A stretch of DNA of 64,000 bases. Source: Setoptus koraiensis (Eukaryota > Animalia > Arthropoda). A program made the translations under genes and the position numbers. The stretch is from positions 18,290,001 to 18,354,000 of the forward strand of contig CM106585.1 of assembly GCA_048013815.1 (NCBI GenBank). Reading direction: 5' to 3'. The notes beneath the pieces are model-generated. The model had not been told where the DNA came from. It did not search any database and was given only the letters and a program-made list of their open reading frames with translations. This document shows, in pieces, positions 19,808-33,389 of the stretch (positions are counted from its first letter, which is position 1; the number at the start of each line of letters is the position of its first letter).

Positions 19808-21190
19808 ACTGCGCCGACTGCAAGTTCCCCATTGGCCCTGTTCACCCATTCACCTGTCGCCTATTTAGCTTGGTAACGCTAAGCTGCGATTTTACGCTGT
19901 CAGCTGACAGCGATGAGCTGACCTGTCACCTGTTGATTGAGCAATGAGCGTGAGCAATTATTGTGTTGATTGCATGGCCAAGAAACGGTTACGCTTGTGT
20001 TGTCTTGCGCTCGGCGTTATCCGTTGATTTGTTGATCGTGTTGGCGATCGCCCGATGACAGGTATTTGCAACATAACGCCGGTGTGATCGCCGGCGCCAA
20101 ATGATGATGCGCTGCCATTTGTGGTTGCGGCGGCCGCATATCGTCGGGCCGCATGTAACAACAACTCTATTACTTCACACTTGTTTATTGTTATTGTATC
20201 TGGGATGTGTTATTCATTTGTGTGTGAAATGAATAACAATTTTCAGCATATATCACTGATGTTAGTGCTGAACACACACAGTTGCTTGTAGCTCGGATAG
20301 AGGGCCAACATAATGAACATAATGAATATGGCAGCACACAGACGGCGATAATCACGATTACGCAATAGCCATCATGATCTGGTCGTGATATATGGCTGCT
20401 GCTGCTGCCGGCGCCGCCGCCGTTGTGAATTGTGAGATTGTAGTGAAGAGGCGCACCAATTATTGCCAGGCGCAATCATATGGTCAGTGTTGGTATGATT
20501 TTCGTGGGCTAGTTGGGTTGTTGTTGCGTTTCGCAGTGGCCGGTTGTTGTTGCGTTTCGCAGTGGCCGGTGCCGCTGAATTAATCGCTCACTGACCTCTG
20601 CCACAAGTGGCCACAAGCGACCGAAAGCGGCCACAAGCGGCCACTGGATCGCCGTGATTCACTGGCCGCAAGCATCCCGTCAGGCCGTGCCAGCGCAGGT
20701 GAGCGCACAGGTGATGTAGCTATGTGGCATGCTGCAGTCGCCACCTTTTGTGTTTTGCACACTAACACCAGTTGCACACACACACACAATACGCAGATCC
20801 ATTATTCATATTGCGCAATATCCGGTGCTGGCCGCATCACACAACAACAATAGACCGAAACAAGCGGCGGCGGCGGCATTGAAAATTGGCGATGCACCAC
20901 AACAGCATTATTTAATCACCCGCCCAACACAGACAGCCTAAAGAGAGACCTTTAACAGGGGGCAGCGGCACTTTCTCGCCATAGGCCATTATTGGGCACG
21001 ACAGGTGAGACCAGTTCGCGGAGTTGGCGTGAACGGCCAACGAGAGCAGCAACAGCAACGCAATGGCCACTCAACGGCAACAACAAGCGAGCTAACAAGT
21101 GAGCTCGTTAACTCTTACGCAACTTGGCTCGCGTCGTCGCTCGCACTGTTACCTGTCGCCGCCTGCTTACGTGTGTGTGCTTGAGCGAGC

Positions 21191-21230
21191 TCAGGTGAGC
21201 TCAGGTGGGCACAGGTGAGCACAGGTGAGC
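21191..21230. repeat. 10-bp tandem repeat x4, each unit carrying a CAGGTG E-box
   Basis: TCAGGTGAGC TCAGGTGGGC ACAGGTGAGC ACAGGTGAGC. Confidence 0.9.
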
Positions 21231-21953
21231 AAACAAGCAGCCAGTCAAGTTCAGGATGGTCGTGCCGGCGGTGCCGTGATTGCGCCGGCCAACAGCCAAA
21301 TCGAGGCGCAATCTCAAGCGAGCGTCTCAACGAGTCTCAATTGTGTGTCTCACCGTGAGCACAATTGGATTACTATTATGCAATAAATGACCATCCGATA
21401 TGTAAGTGCAAAAATATCGCCGGCATGCGCCTAATGAGCTGGCCGGCCAACGATCGGCCGCCGGCACATCAGCCGAACAGCACAACACACATTGGCCGGC
21501 ACCCGGACAAGCGGCCCGACAGGCGGCCGACGAGCCGGCGAGCCCGACGAGCCGGCTGCACAGGTGAGTGGAACACTTGCCAGGCGGCGCTCATTGGCCG
21601 CTGGCTTTGCCATTTGGAGCAACGGTGTGCGCCGGCGAGTCGTGCACAGGTAAATGGCAAAAGTGGCGCACTGTGTACTAGCGCTAGTATGCGAATGGCA
21701 AGAAATTCTTGCCAAGAATCATGAATAGCGCTCACACGGGCTATTCACGGGCAAATGTCATGTTGTGGTTGGTCGCATGTAACGCGCCATTATTATTCAT
21801 TATCTAATCGAATCAATCCAGTCCGACGCGCACACAATGAACGCGCATTCGAATCGCTGCGTTCCGTGGTCGCTGTCCGCTGGCGCTGCCCCACAAAAGA
21901 AGCGTGAGTCGTGTGCGTGTTGGCGATCGCACACAGCCGTTGGAGCCTCGAAC

Positions 21954-22040
21954 GCTTCTCTGCGAGCCTCGAAGCTTCTCTGCGAACTTCGGAGCTTCTC
22001 TGCGAACTTCGGAGCTTCTCTTCGAACTTCGACGCCTCTC
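21954..22040. repeat. 20-bp tandem repeat, about x4
   Basis: GCTTCTCTGCGAACTTCGGA-type units. Confidence 0.9.
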
Positions 22041-23459
22041 TTCGGAGTTAGAAGGAAGCGAGCTGCACTAAGCGGGCGTGCGTGCGCTGTTCATTCACCG
22101 AATGCGATTCACTGGATGCGATTCACTGAATGCGATTCGCTGATGCCGGAGCGCTCGACACACGAGCCGGCCGGCATCACGCAACCGTCGGGCCGGACGC
22201 ACGTCGCGTTGCGTGCCCACTCGTGCCACCAGGCCGGCCCACCACCGTCACTATGACGCAAACAATGGCGCATGAAAATTCGGTGCTATTCGCAGTCGCA
22301 CAAGTGGGAGTGGACGCTCGCCAATCTCGCCCACCGGATTGCCCGACCGAGAGCCCGCATTCGAAACGGATCAAATGCGTTCGAAACGGAATTCGAACTC
22401 ATTTGGAGAACTCATTGGAGGAAAGAAATTTGATTAAGCTCGGCGCTGCGAACGCTTGCTGCTAGAGCGCGAAAAAAACTCTGTTGCAGTTTGTTGAATG
22501 AGGCACGCAAAATGCAAGCGCAATCAACAGCAGCTCATAATGGATCAACACTGGGCACTTTGGCCAGCGATGCCTCAGCGCGTCTCAATCAATTATGACT
22601 CACAACCAGTGTTGATACGCACTGGATAAATGCCAAGTTGTGCGTTGAAAAATCCAGATTCACTCTCAATGAATCTGCACAGTGAGCTCTGTTGTTTTGG
22701 TTTGTGTGCGAACCGGACCTCAATTGACCGCATACTGACTGGCACCTGTTACCTGTGCTACATGTGATTATGACGTGCACCAATCATCACCAACTCATCG
22801 CTAACATAAGCGTTAGTTAGCGTTGTAAGTGGACTGTTAATTATAGGCCGTCGACTGGCAGGGCAATAGTAGCTCGCAACAAGTTGCGTAACGCGCCGTT
22901 GATTGACTGTCGTGGCAACTGTGTGTGTAATACCATCTAATACCATTTAAATCAAGCCGCCGATATCCGGCCACGTGACCACATCGAAGCCGATGGAAAC
23001 TCAACTTGGGTTCAGCAATTCAATCGTTGTCGCTTCGCTGCAACTCTCGTTGACTAACCGAATCGTTGTGTTTATCAGCTAATAATATTAGCATTATTAG
23101 TAATGTTGTGGCCGGGCGCTGGTCACCTTTCAGTTATCTACGACGATACTTACTAGAAGAAATATTCATATTCTAACGCCTCAAAATATTGTAACATGGA
23201 ATTTCACTGTCAATATCACTGTAGTAACAATAATAATAATAGTAACAGCAATCACTATTATTATCACTATTTCTATTATCAATATAGTGGCCAAGCAACA
23301 AGTCGTGACCCATCAACCTGTGCACTCACCTGTTCACGACCTATTGCGAGAGCCTGTTGCGCAAAGCGTGCAAGTGATGACCAGCACGACCATGGTCACA
23401 CTTATGGCACCGTTCGCCAGTTGCACACAAACAGCGCACAAATTGGCCGCAAATTCCAT

Positions 23460-23460
23460 C

Positions 23461-23498
<38 letters not shown>
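23460..23498. repeat. (CAA)13 microsatellite
   Basis: Uninterrupted run. Confidence 0.95.
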
Positions 23499-23499
<1 letters not shown>

Positions 23500-24826
23500 A
23501 CAGCCGCCGGGTAACAACAACACCGTCAGGTTGTGTTGCGTCATTATGGTCATTAGCCAGTGGTCAGCTGTTAATCAGTGATTCCATAGAGCACTCGGAG
23601 TGAGTTTTTACCTTGTTGTTGTTTGTCTGCGCGCTGTCAGCTGTTGGCTGTCACATGTCAGCTGACAGGTGACAGCAACATCAGCTGACAGCACGCGCAC
23701 AGCTTGACACATCAGGCTTGTGAGGGCCTCCATTGGGCCACAATAGATGACGCAACAGCGAGCTGCGGCGGCCAGTGGGCATCATTGCACCTGTTGCCTG
23801 ATTTCTAAATGACCAGTGATCCAATCAATTCATTCGCAAAGTCAGCAAATCAATGCCGGCCACCGCAACAACAGATGGCGGCACCGGTCCGACAGCCATT
23901 CCGTGGCCAATCCTCGGAATCGCGCGGATTCCGTGGATAGGCGCAATGTGATAATTTGTGCACAGTTGTATCATTTGTGTGCAGCAGGAGCAGCCCTTGG
24001 CGTATGTTGTGCGAGCGAGAAAAAGCGAGAGGCCCGAGGCAATCGGGCCGCCATCATTATGATTGGTTTTGACAGGGCCGAAAGCTGAAAAACAATTTCC
24101 ACAGGTTGCCCGTTTCGCGGCAGCATTCGGCCGGGCGGCTTCGCCCGCTCGAAGTGGCTCGTTATTAATGATTGTCGCTGATCGTTGGCGATCAGCGTCG
24201 GTTCATTCACAATTTCGCAGAGAATATAGAGAGAGAGCCTCCATCGTTAATTGATTGCGCGCCGTGCCCGAATGTCCGGCCCGCGACATCCGTTGGCCGT
24301 GTCCGCCGTGTTTGTGGCGCTGTTTTGCGGCTCAGAGCCGCGCCGAAGCGGGCCATTGCGCAACAAATCGCCAGGGTAGATTATTTGTAGCAGGCAGGCA
24401 GGCCCACACTGCGAAAATATACTAAAAATAAACTAAAAATAAACGCATCACACTGCATACGCCATTTATGCATGATATCATCTATTTGTGCAAACAGTGA
24501 TAATTGCCCGAACGCATCGCCAATTGAGATGCGCCGCCGCCGCCGCTTGACATTGGACGAGCGGCGCTCATTGGCGAGCGATTCGCGGGAGTTACACCCG
24601 ATCGGGCGCACCCGCGATCGGCGCAGCCGATCGGGTAAGCTGGCGGGCGCCAGTTTAATCTCGATCGAGCCGCTTGAGCCGCTCGATCAATGAGCTGGCC
24701 GGGCCGCATCATTAGCGGCCGGCAGTTGGCCGGCAGTTGGCCGAGCCAGCGCAACGGCGCCGGCCAATTAGCCGGCGCTAACTATTTGGCATCGACTGCT
24801 CGCATCGGCACCACTGACGTGATGCT

Positions 24827-24923
24827 ATTGCGCAATTGCATAATACAGATTGCATAACACACATTGCGTAAAACACACATTGCGTACATATTAATAAATA
24901 TTGCGTAATACCTATTGCGCAAT
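24827..24923. promoter_or_regulatory. Homotypic cluster of C/EBP / PAR-bZIP-type sites in intron 4
   Basis: ATTGCGCAAT (24827, 24914), ATTGCATAA (24835, 24849), ATTGCGTAA (24863, 24900) and one imperfect copy (24879). Confidence 0.55.
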
Positions 24924-25188
24924 ACATGTGCGATAATATTTGGCCGGTCAATCACACTGGCTCACGCTGGCCAAATAATCTAGCAAGTGTCAGTGAATGG
25001 CGAGTGGCGTCGACATTGGCACAAATTTGCTCGCTCGATAACCTATCATTGATAATCTATCAATGACAAGTGGTCAGCGTGCAACAATGTTGCCAATGGC
25101 TCATCGGCATGTTATGTAATAATTATTGCATAACAACATTATTGCATCATGCAAGATTGTTAGATTGTTAGTTATGATGGGCACTTAC

Positions 25189-25682
25189 CGTATACTGTCA
25201 ATTGGGCCGACTTTGTGTCGTAGCTCTCCAGCGACGACACGCTACAGGTGAATTTTCCGCTCATTGCGCTGGTGGGTCTAATCAGTTTGAGGCCCCTGTA
25301 GCGGGTGCTCGAGTCTCTGGCCAAATTGTTCATCATAAACAAATAGTTGTCGTAATCGAGCTGCTGCTGGCCTGGCTGCGTCAAATTGTCCAATTGTGTC
25401 GCTGTTGTGGTTGTGGCGCTCAATTTGTTGTTGCCCTGCTGACCGCCAGAGTAACCGCCGTCAGTGCCGGAGTTACTGTCAGCGCCAGACTGACCGTCGT
25501 ACCCGTCGGCCAGGTACGCGAGCGAGGGCGCCGCCGCGGCCTCGTTGGCCGCCTTCACCATGTGCTCGTCTTGGCTGACGTCGTAGCTCTTGTCGAGCCA
25601 CGATTCGTATTTGTCCGAGTAGGTGCGGCTGTTTAGTTCGGGTATGTACTGGTAGATGGGCACCACGTCGTCCTCGTAGAAC
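25189..25682 (-). CDS. Beat-like Ig protein, exon 4 (body of the first, V-type Ig domain)
   Basis: FYEDDVVPIYQYIPELNSR...RYRGLKLIRPTSAMSGKFTCSVSSLESYDTKSAQLTVY resembles chelicerate beat-like Ig proteins; acceptor AACAG at 25683, donor G|GTAAGT at 25188; phase 2-1. Confidence 0.88.
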
Positions 25683-28028
25683 CTGTTGTCGATCAATGCA
25701 ACAATCGATGTAATGGTAAGTGTGACAATCGATGTGATAATAAGTGTGACAATCGATGTAGTAATCAGTGTAACAAGCGACATGATAATGGGTACAATAA
25801 TCAGTTTAATAATCACTATAATAATCAGTATAACAAGGGATAATATAATAATCAATACAATGGCCGATTGGTGCAATAATGAGCGGAGGCAGCGTTAATT
25901 GATTTGATTAATGACGGACCGATAATTGGCTCTGGTAGCGTGACCTGTCAGATATGTCCGCGCTCATGGTCGCCCATTGCGGACAATTGGCCGGCGACAA
26001 CGTATCGGCTGCAACTATTCTGTCTTGTTGGATATTATAAAATTTATATTATAAAATCCAGCAATGGCCAAGATAAAACCACTTTTATCAAAAAAGTGGG
26101 CGAGAAACACGAAAATATTCACCAATCTCACAAATATTCAGCCTGAATAATTCAGGGCCGTTCGAGCGATTGGCCGCCGCTCGCTATCACTTGTTAAACG
26201 ATCGCACGGAACGATGGCCGGGCCCCTGCTCACGTTTGACAGTTTGTGTGTCGTCAGACACAGCACCTCAGAGAGATCGAGCTTGCCGCGCCCGGCACAG
26301 TGGCGACCACGGGCCGGCGTGACGCGCGGCGCGGCCCTCCGACCGCGACCCGTCAGACTGTGGCGGTCAAACGGGCAGCTCCAAAGGGGCAGGCTCACAC
26401 GGTCGTACTCACACGGTCGTACTGTGACGGTCACAGTGTGACGGTCAGCGGGAATTGCGCGACGGTCGGGAAGAGCGAAAGCGGCCAGTGGAGGCCAACT
26501 GGCCGCTGGCCGAACGAGGACGAGCGAAGAGGAAAAATGATCGATGGGCAAGGGCGAGCGGAGGACGACGATCAATTAAGTTTGCGCTTTTTGTGTGTGA
26601 GTGTGCCAGTCGGGCAACCGGCCTTCTCTGGCGAGTCCATTGCGAGTCGTTGGCTTCTTAGATTCTTTCGCGATTCTCTTGCGATTCTTTCGCGATTCTT
26701 TTGCGATTCTTCGGCCAGCCAGCCAGCCGGTACGACACAATGCCCGGCCGCCAATTGTTCTTCGCTCGTTTGGCCGTGGCTCGTCGCTGTTGGCTCGTCG
26801 CTGTTGGCTGGTCGCTGTTGGCTGGTCGCCGTTGGCTCGTCCGCCTGGCTCACAAGCAGTCAGTGGATGCAATTTGCAAATTTCCATTTAAATTTCTCGC
26901 CCTCTCTCGGCTGGCGAGACAAGTGCGACAGGTGAGAGCGAGCAACAAGTGAGAGGCAGCATGCGAACGGTGGCTCGCTGGTCGCCACAACGATGTTGCG
27001 CTCGTCGCAGTTGTGGCGACCATTGCGCAACAGTACGCAACAGGTGAGTGAATGCGTAACAGTGTTGCGGTAACAGTGTTTCGGTAACAGTTTTGTGCAA
27101 ACAACCGCGAGTGGGAAGTGGCCCGTTTGTGGCGTTTGTTGCAACGAAAATAACAGCGCACCGTTGGAGATAAGCGCGGCCAATTGGCCAATCAACTGGA
27201 CGATCGCCAACCATCGATCATATATCAATTAACTTGCCATGGTGTTACGCTTTCGCAGTCATGCCATTCAAGCACCGACACGCCACTCACCCAAGCTTGT
27301 TACGTAACGAGCAACAGGTAACAACAGGTAAATAGCGACAGCCAACGGGTAACAGGCTGCAGAGGGGCAAATATGAATGGGGGGCAAATATGGGGGGCAA
27401 AATTGTCTCATACCGGCGCATCGGGCGCATAGCAAATAATTGAACGCACACATTGTCGCCGCATTCCGACCGCAACTTGTGTGGCTCTCGCTCACCTGTC
27501 CAATGGTCCAATGGTCCAATGGTGCAACTGTTCAATTGGGCACAATTTTGCGATGCGTAGCCGGTTGCGTCATCGGTGCTCGGTTTCACTGGTGTTGTTG
27601 TTGCTCGCAACAGTTTTGACAGATCGGCCATGGTGCTCGCAAGCTGCTCAAGTTACTCGAAATGAGCCACTTGTCGAGCCGAGTGTGCCCGGCCGAGCGT
27701 GACAAACCACAAGCGAAACCGTAACGTAACGTCTCTCGCTCTGCGCTCACCTGTCGAACCGACAATGTCGAGGCTTTGTGTGTGTGCTGTCACAAGAGGG
27801 CTCCTCGCTGCCTCTTGCTGCGTCTCGGCGCGGCCAAGCGGCCAATCGTTGGCATGATTCATTGAGCTGAACGGCGAAAACGGCGAAAAATCGGCGACAA
27901 TCGCCGAAAATCGTTCGCTCCGTTGACTTCGGCCGCTGGACTCAAGCGAGCGCTTCCTCGCCCTCCGAAGCGAGTTTGCACAGATAATGGCCGCTCTCAC
28001 CGCTGACCAAAACACACAACGGGCCAAC

Positions 28029-28103
28029 ATGCGACAGGTGAATGTGCGACAGGTGAATATGCGACGGGCGGATATGCGACAAGCGAATATGCGATAGGTG
28101 AAT
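28029..28103. repeat. 15-bp decaying tandem repeat x5; the first two units carry ACAGGTG
   Basis: ATGCGACAGGTGAAT and variants. Confidence 0.9.
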
Positions 28104-29584
28104 AGGGCGACACGGCACAAGTGGGGGCTCCTCTCTGGGACTGCATCTGAGACTCAGCCCGTCAGCCCGTCAGGCTGCGGCGCGGTGTCGGGCCAACTGT
28201 GCGGACAGATGGGTGGCGCAGTGTCGGGCCCGTCTGTGCGGCCAGATCGGTGGCGCAGAACGGAAGGCGAAATTGGAAATTGTGCGAAATTGTGTCGCCA
28301 ATTGGATAATTGTGCGCCGTTTGAAATTCCGTTTCACGTCGTTAAATTTGCCCGCCTGTGAAGACGATTCGCCCGACTCCTTGGACCCGGGACGCTGGCC
28401 CGCGGCCGGGCCACCGGGCCGCGCATCAACGGGCACATCAACGGGCGCATCACCGGGCGCATCACCGGGCGCATCATCTAGTGAATCAACGGGCACACCA
28501 TCAAGCGCACTAGCGGGCACACCATCGAGCGCATTAGCGGGCACACCATCGGGCACCGCGAGCCGCACATCACGCCGGGAGCCGGTGGCAGCTCGGTCGG
28601 GCAAATGGGTGCCAGGCGGCCAAGTGGCCAGTTGACCTATTGGCGACTAATCGAATATAATGTGTAGAGTGATGCGGAAATTGCGAGCCGCGAAATTACA
28701 AGTTGCGCACGGCCCGCCGGCTCTCAGGCCGGCCGGCGGGTCAGATTAAGTAAAGCGCGCACTTGCGCAACAGACTCGATCGTAACAGCGAGCAACTGTC
28801 AAGCAGCTTGAGAACGGGCCGACAAGACACCAAATTACGTAACAACTGACCGGCCAGAGTGACGCCTGTCAGTGGCACAATGCGCCCATCGGACACCCTG
28901 ACGTGTCCGGCTGTCATTTTGGTGTGGCCGGCTCTTGTTGCGCCCGTCCAGCGGACACACACACACACTCGGTCGTAATTTCTAATATACACACACACAC
29001 GATTGGCGGGTCTCGCCTGGGAGCATCCGCATTTTGCGGAAAATAAATAATGTCCGACGCGGCCGAGCCGCAGTGTCCGTCAACGCAAGCCGATAGATCA
29101 CCGCGGTCGTGCCAAGTCCAGTCGCAGCGAATCGCCGAGCCAGCAATTATCTGCGGCCAACTCTGGCCGCACACTTGTCCACTACAGACACACGCAACAG
29201 GCTGTTGGTCGGGCTGTTAAGCTTGATTTGTTGGTGTCGAGACCGATAAACAAGCCGCGGCAAGCGCCGCTGAAGAGCCGCTGTCCGATGGCGCCATTTG
29301 GAGCGACCCGCAGCCGCTTCTCCAAGCGCAAGATTCGGCCCGAGCGGCGCTTTTGCGCAACAAATCACGGCTCGCGGGTTGCCGCCGGCTGACGGCGAGT
29401 ACGCGCCAGTCGCCCGAGTGGCGACTGGCGCCCACTCACTGAATAGCCGAGCTCGTGTCAACTGCGCTCCGGCCAGCATGTCCCGCCGCCGAGACCGCCC
29501 ACTCCGCAACGCGTCGATCTCGGCTCTTGTCCACCGCCGGCCGACATGTCCGAGGGAGACGGGCGCACCGTCCCGCTGCGGACC

Positions 29585-29638
29585 CATCTTGCCGGCAGAG
29601 GAGGCATCTTGCCGGCAGAGGACGCATCTTGCCGGCAG
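29585..29638. repeat. 20-bp tandem repeat x2.7
   Basis: CATCTTGCCGGCAGAGGAGG units. Confidence 0.9.
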
Positions 29639-30707
29639 CGGCGCGGACACAAACCGGGTCGGGCGAGCGAGCGTCCAGATGGACGGCCAAGCGGCACTTT
29701 GTTTATTTATTGCCGTCCGTTGGCGTTGCATGCCGCAAATTAGATAAACAAACTCGGGCCGGACAACAAGGAAAATAATTAATGGGATAAACAATAATTA
29801 TGGTGCCATTGTTTCGGTGGCCGAAACGTTTTTCAGAGAGGGCGCCGTTTTCGCGCCGACTGGCCTGTGGGAGAACGAGACGATGCGCCGATTCTCGTTC
29901 TCTCGCAATGTTGCCAAGCGAATAGGCTCACAGGCTACCTGTCGCTACCTGTCGCTACCTGGCGAGCAGCGCCAGCGGTGCTTGTGGCTGCCGAATCAAC
30001 AGTGTTGGTGCGCCGCGGAGGGCAACATTCGCACTGTTCGCATCATTCGCATCATTCGCATTATGCAAATTGCATATTGGTGTGCGCACTGACTGTGTTG
30101 CGTAATAGTATGCGAAAATGCGCGAAAATGTTATTTATGTCTCCTATATTTCAGGCGGGTCGCACACAAGCCCGCTTGTCCAGTGACCGACCAACAGGTT
30201 GCAGCTGAGCATTATTCAATTGACTGCAGTGCGACTTGTCTCTGTGAATCTTTCTTCATTACGCGCATTGCGTAATGAACGACAGCAACATTGTTACGTA
30301 ACACAGTGTTGCGCAACAGTGTGCCGCATAGTGTGTGCCGGTCGCACTTGGCGCAGCTTTTTGAGTTTTTGAGTTTTGTTTTTTTTTTCAGAATTAAACG
30401 TTGCGATGCGTTTTTTACGCGAATTTGTTTGCGTTTGTTTGCCGTTGGCATTGTTTTTCACCTTCGGCCACACACATTGGCAACGCGGCCAGGCAAACAA
30501 ACAATGCATAAATGCTGCACTCGCTGCTGAAATAAACGAGCCCCGGCGCATAGATGCCCATTGTGTGCCGTTTATCACGTCGTCGCATGTTGCGCAAGCG
30601 TCCAGCAACCTGATGAGGTGAGCCGGCAATATGATAAGCAGCAGTATGACGTAACTATTATGTAACTATATGTTGTGTGGCACACAAACTGTCAGGCGAT
30701 GCTTGTG

Positions 30708-30792
30708 TTTGGAAAGAGAAGCCTCGTTTTGGAAAGAGAAGCTTCGTTTTGGAAAGAGAAGCTTCTCTTTGGAAAAAGAAGCTTCTGTTTGG
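30708..30792. repeat. 20-bp tandem repeat x4
   Basis: TTTGGAAAGAGAAGCTTCGT-type units. Confidence 0.9.
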
Positions 30793-31158
30793 CTACGTAC
30801 ACTGCTGCCAGTGGATAGTGCGCCTGTGGCCTAGACACTAGGCTCGACATGGCGCAAAAAACTGGTCGCCTTCAGTTGGCTGCCATGGGCTCCAATCGGC
30901 CAATTGGCCACCGCGCAGCTGACTGACCAACATTGTGCGAGGGGGGGGGCAGCACACGAGTGACAGCTGAAAAAAGGATGCATGCACCTCGGTTGCGTAA
31001 CGCTGCCGGTCAGCTGACACTGACAGCTAGCTGACAGCGATTGTGTGCGCTGTGCTGTGCGTTATGTCGATTATGATCGGTAATCGGCCATCACACTGAC
31101 GCAATAATTTGCGATAACCAACACACAGGCCATTGTGTTTTTGTGCGGATTGACTTAC

Positions 31159-31210
31159 CATTTAATTGTGAGCCCCCTATCGAAGGCCTTGTCATACTTG
31201 AGCAAACAGT
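31159..31210 (-). CDS. Beat-like Ig protein, exon 3 (52-nt micro-exon with the B-strand Cys and C-strand Trp; absent from the ORF track)
   Basis: CCAG|ACTGTTTG...ATTAAATG|GTAAGT encodes (D)CLLKYDKAFDRGLTIK(W). Phase 1-2 bridges exon 2 (...NVTM) and exon 4 (FYED...) exactly. Confidence 0.88.
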
Positions 31211-33389
31211 CTGGCACACATTGCGAGCGGACAGAGTTTGTTGGTTGGTTCGTTTGTTGATTGTTTGTTGTTTGTGCGGTTCCATTTCAGCGTCGGGCCG
31301 TCGGGCCGCCGGGCCGGGACATACGGGGGCGAGAGAGAGAGGGAGAGTAACGTTAAGAGCGAGAGTAACGTTAAGGGGGAGAGAAAAAAACGAGCCACCG
31401 ATTAGAATTGTTAGTGGGTAAGTGTGTTAAGGGAGCAATTGTTTTTGCGGTTGCACTCTCGCTGTGTGTCCGTTGTCATGGTTACTCGATACTGGCACTG
31501 GTCACATTTGAATCACTGCAATCATTCAAATGATGAGACACCGCTGCGCAGCTAGCGCCACTGGCGCCGGCAGTGGCCGAGCTCCGAATTAGATCGTTGG
31601 CAGGCTGCGAACGCTTTATTTTACCTGAAATTGAAATGGTCCCGCTGAAGATTTCAACTTTCAAGTCAAGTTCGCGGCGGCGCTGCGATGGGGCGCTGCA
31701 AACTCGGCTCACCAAACTTCAAAAACTCGGCTCTACAAACTGCCAAAACTCGGCTCACCAAACTGCCAAAACTCGACCGGCCAACACTAACAAATTGTAA
31801 GCTAACAAACGTAAATCGCAGCTTGTCCCGTGAGCTCGGCCGCGTTTCCATGGCGATTCAAGGTGGCGGCGCAACGCATCACGTAATTGCGTAATCGCGC
31901 ATTCACACAATCAGCTGATCATGTCATGGAATCGGACGTCTGGCGGACTCGACTGAAACTGCGTCCGAGCTCATTCATCAATGAGTGGCACTGGCCAACT
32001 TTTGTACTGGCCAGCTTTTGCGCAGCCCAAAATGCCCAGCTAATCGATCTCGATGTGGCAACGTGATGTGTCGATTGCGCAACTGTCAACGGCGCCATTT
32101 GTTTGTTTTGTCATCGGAAACGATCGAGCGACAGCGACAAATCGGAGCCCTACTAACAAGTTGCTAACAAGTTACTAACAAGTTACCAACAAATTGTTGG
32201 CATCGCGAGCCAACATGATGAATGAACATATACGAAGCCACCAATAAAGCCCGCTCGCCACAGCTGAAAAGTGCACTAGGGTCGCTGACCTCACCTGTCG
32301 GGCCGCTCGACGATCGCAAGCCGGGCCGCTCGACGATCACAAGGCGGGCCGGTGAGCCGGGCTCGTTGAGCGGCCAACAATGTTACGTGAACACTGTTGT
32401 CATCATTGGCATCATTGGTACACGTTGGCCCGTTGACTGGCAAGAGCTTGCGATGTCACCTTGCGAACGGCGCTCTTCGGCAGCCATTGCATAATACGAC
32501 GCTCGCTTGCATAACGCTTACGTAACACACGGTTGCGTTATTGCGCAATTGTGTCGCATTGCGCAATAGTTGGCCATGTCATGTTGGTACAAAGTGTGCA
32601 CTGTTTTGTTGCGACAGCGCAACATGACAGGTGCATCTGAATAATTTGCATTCGGGCCTTATATTTGTGTTCGCATTTGCATTTGTATGGCCAGTGGTTA
32701 TTTTGGGTATTGTGTGACACTCGCTGCCTGCACTCGCCAAACAATCTGCCATTTAATCTGCTATTTAATCTCGTATTTTTCTCGCCATTTTTCTCGCTGT
32801 TTCTCGCCATTTCTCGCCATTCTTGTCGCTATTCTTGTCGCCGTTTTTCTCGGCGCATTGCCCATTGAGCGGCTCAATTTGAGACGCTCTCTCGTTGGCG
32901 CCATCGCGCAACCAGCACACCTAATGGCATGAGATCTGGCTGCCGCCGATTATGTAATGAGAGCAGCTCGGCGAAACTTTTGCGCCGTCGCTTCTTTGTT
33001 CGGCCACTCGGCGGCGCACCCAACGAGCGCTCGGCGCAACCGCCTAGCTCAAGTCAACTCGAAATAGCTCAATTCAAGCCGATTGAGACTTGACGTACCG
33101 GTCACTCTGACTGTCAGAGTCTGACAGCAACTTGAACTGTCAGCTCGATGGCGAATGTCACATCGTCGGGCTCGGCCAAACACACAATGTGGCTCGCCCG
33201 CGCACATCGGCCGGCACGCTGACAGCCCCAAACAGCCAATCAATTATCCCCGACGGCGAAAACTGTGCCTGTGTTGGCACAGCCTCTGCACCAAATGCGC
33301 ACAGTGCCGGGTAAATATCATATAAGTATCAGGCAATCAGACACACAGCTTGCGAGTCATGATGAATGGTTGGGCGAAACAATACTCAC

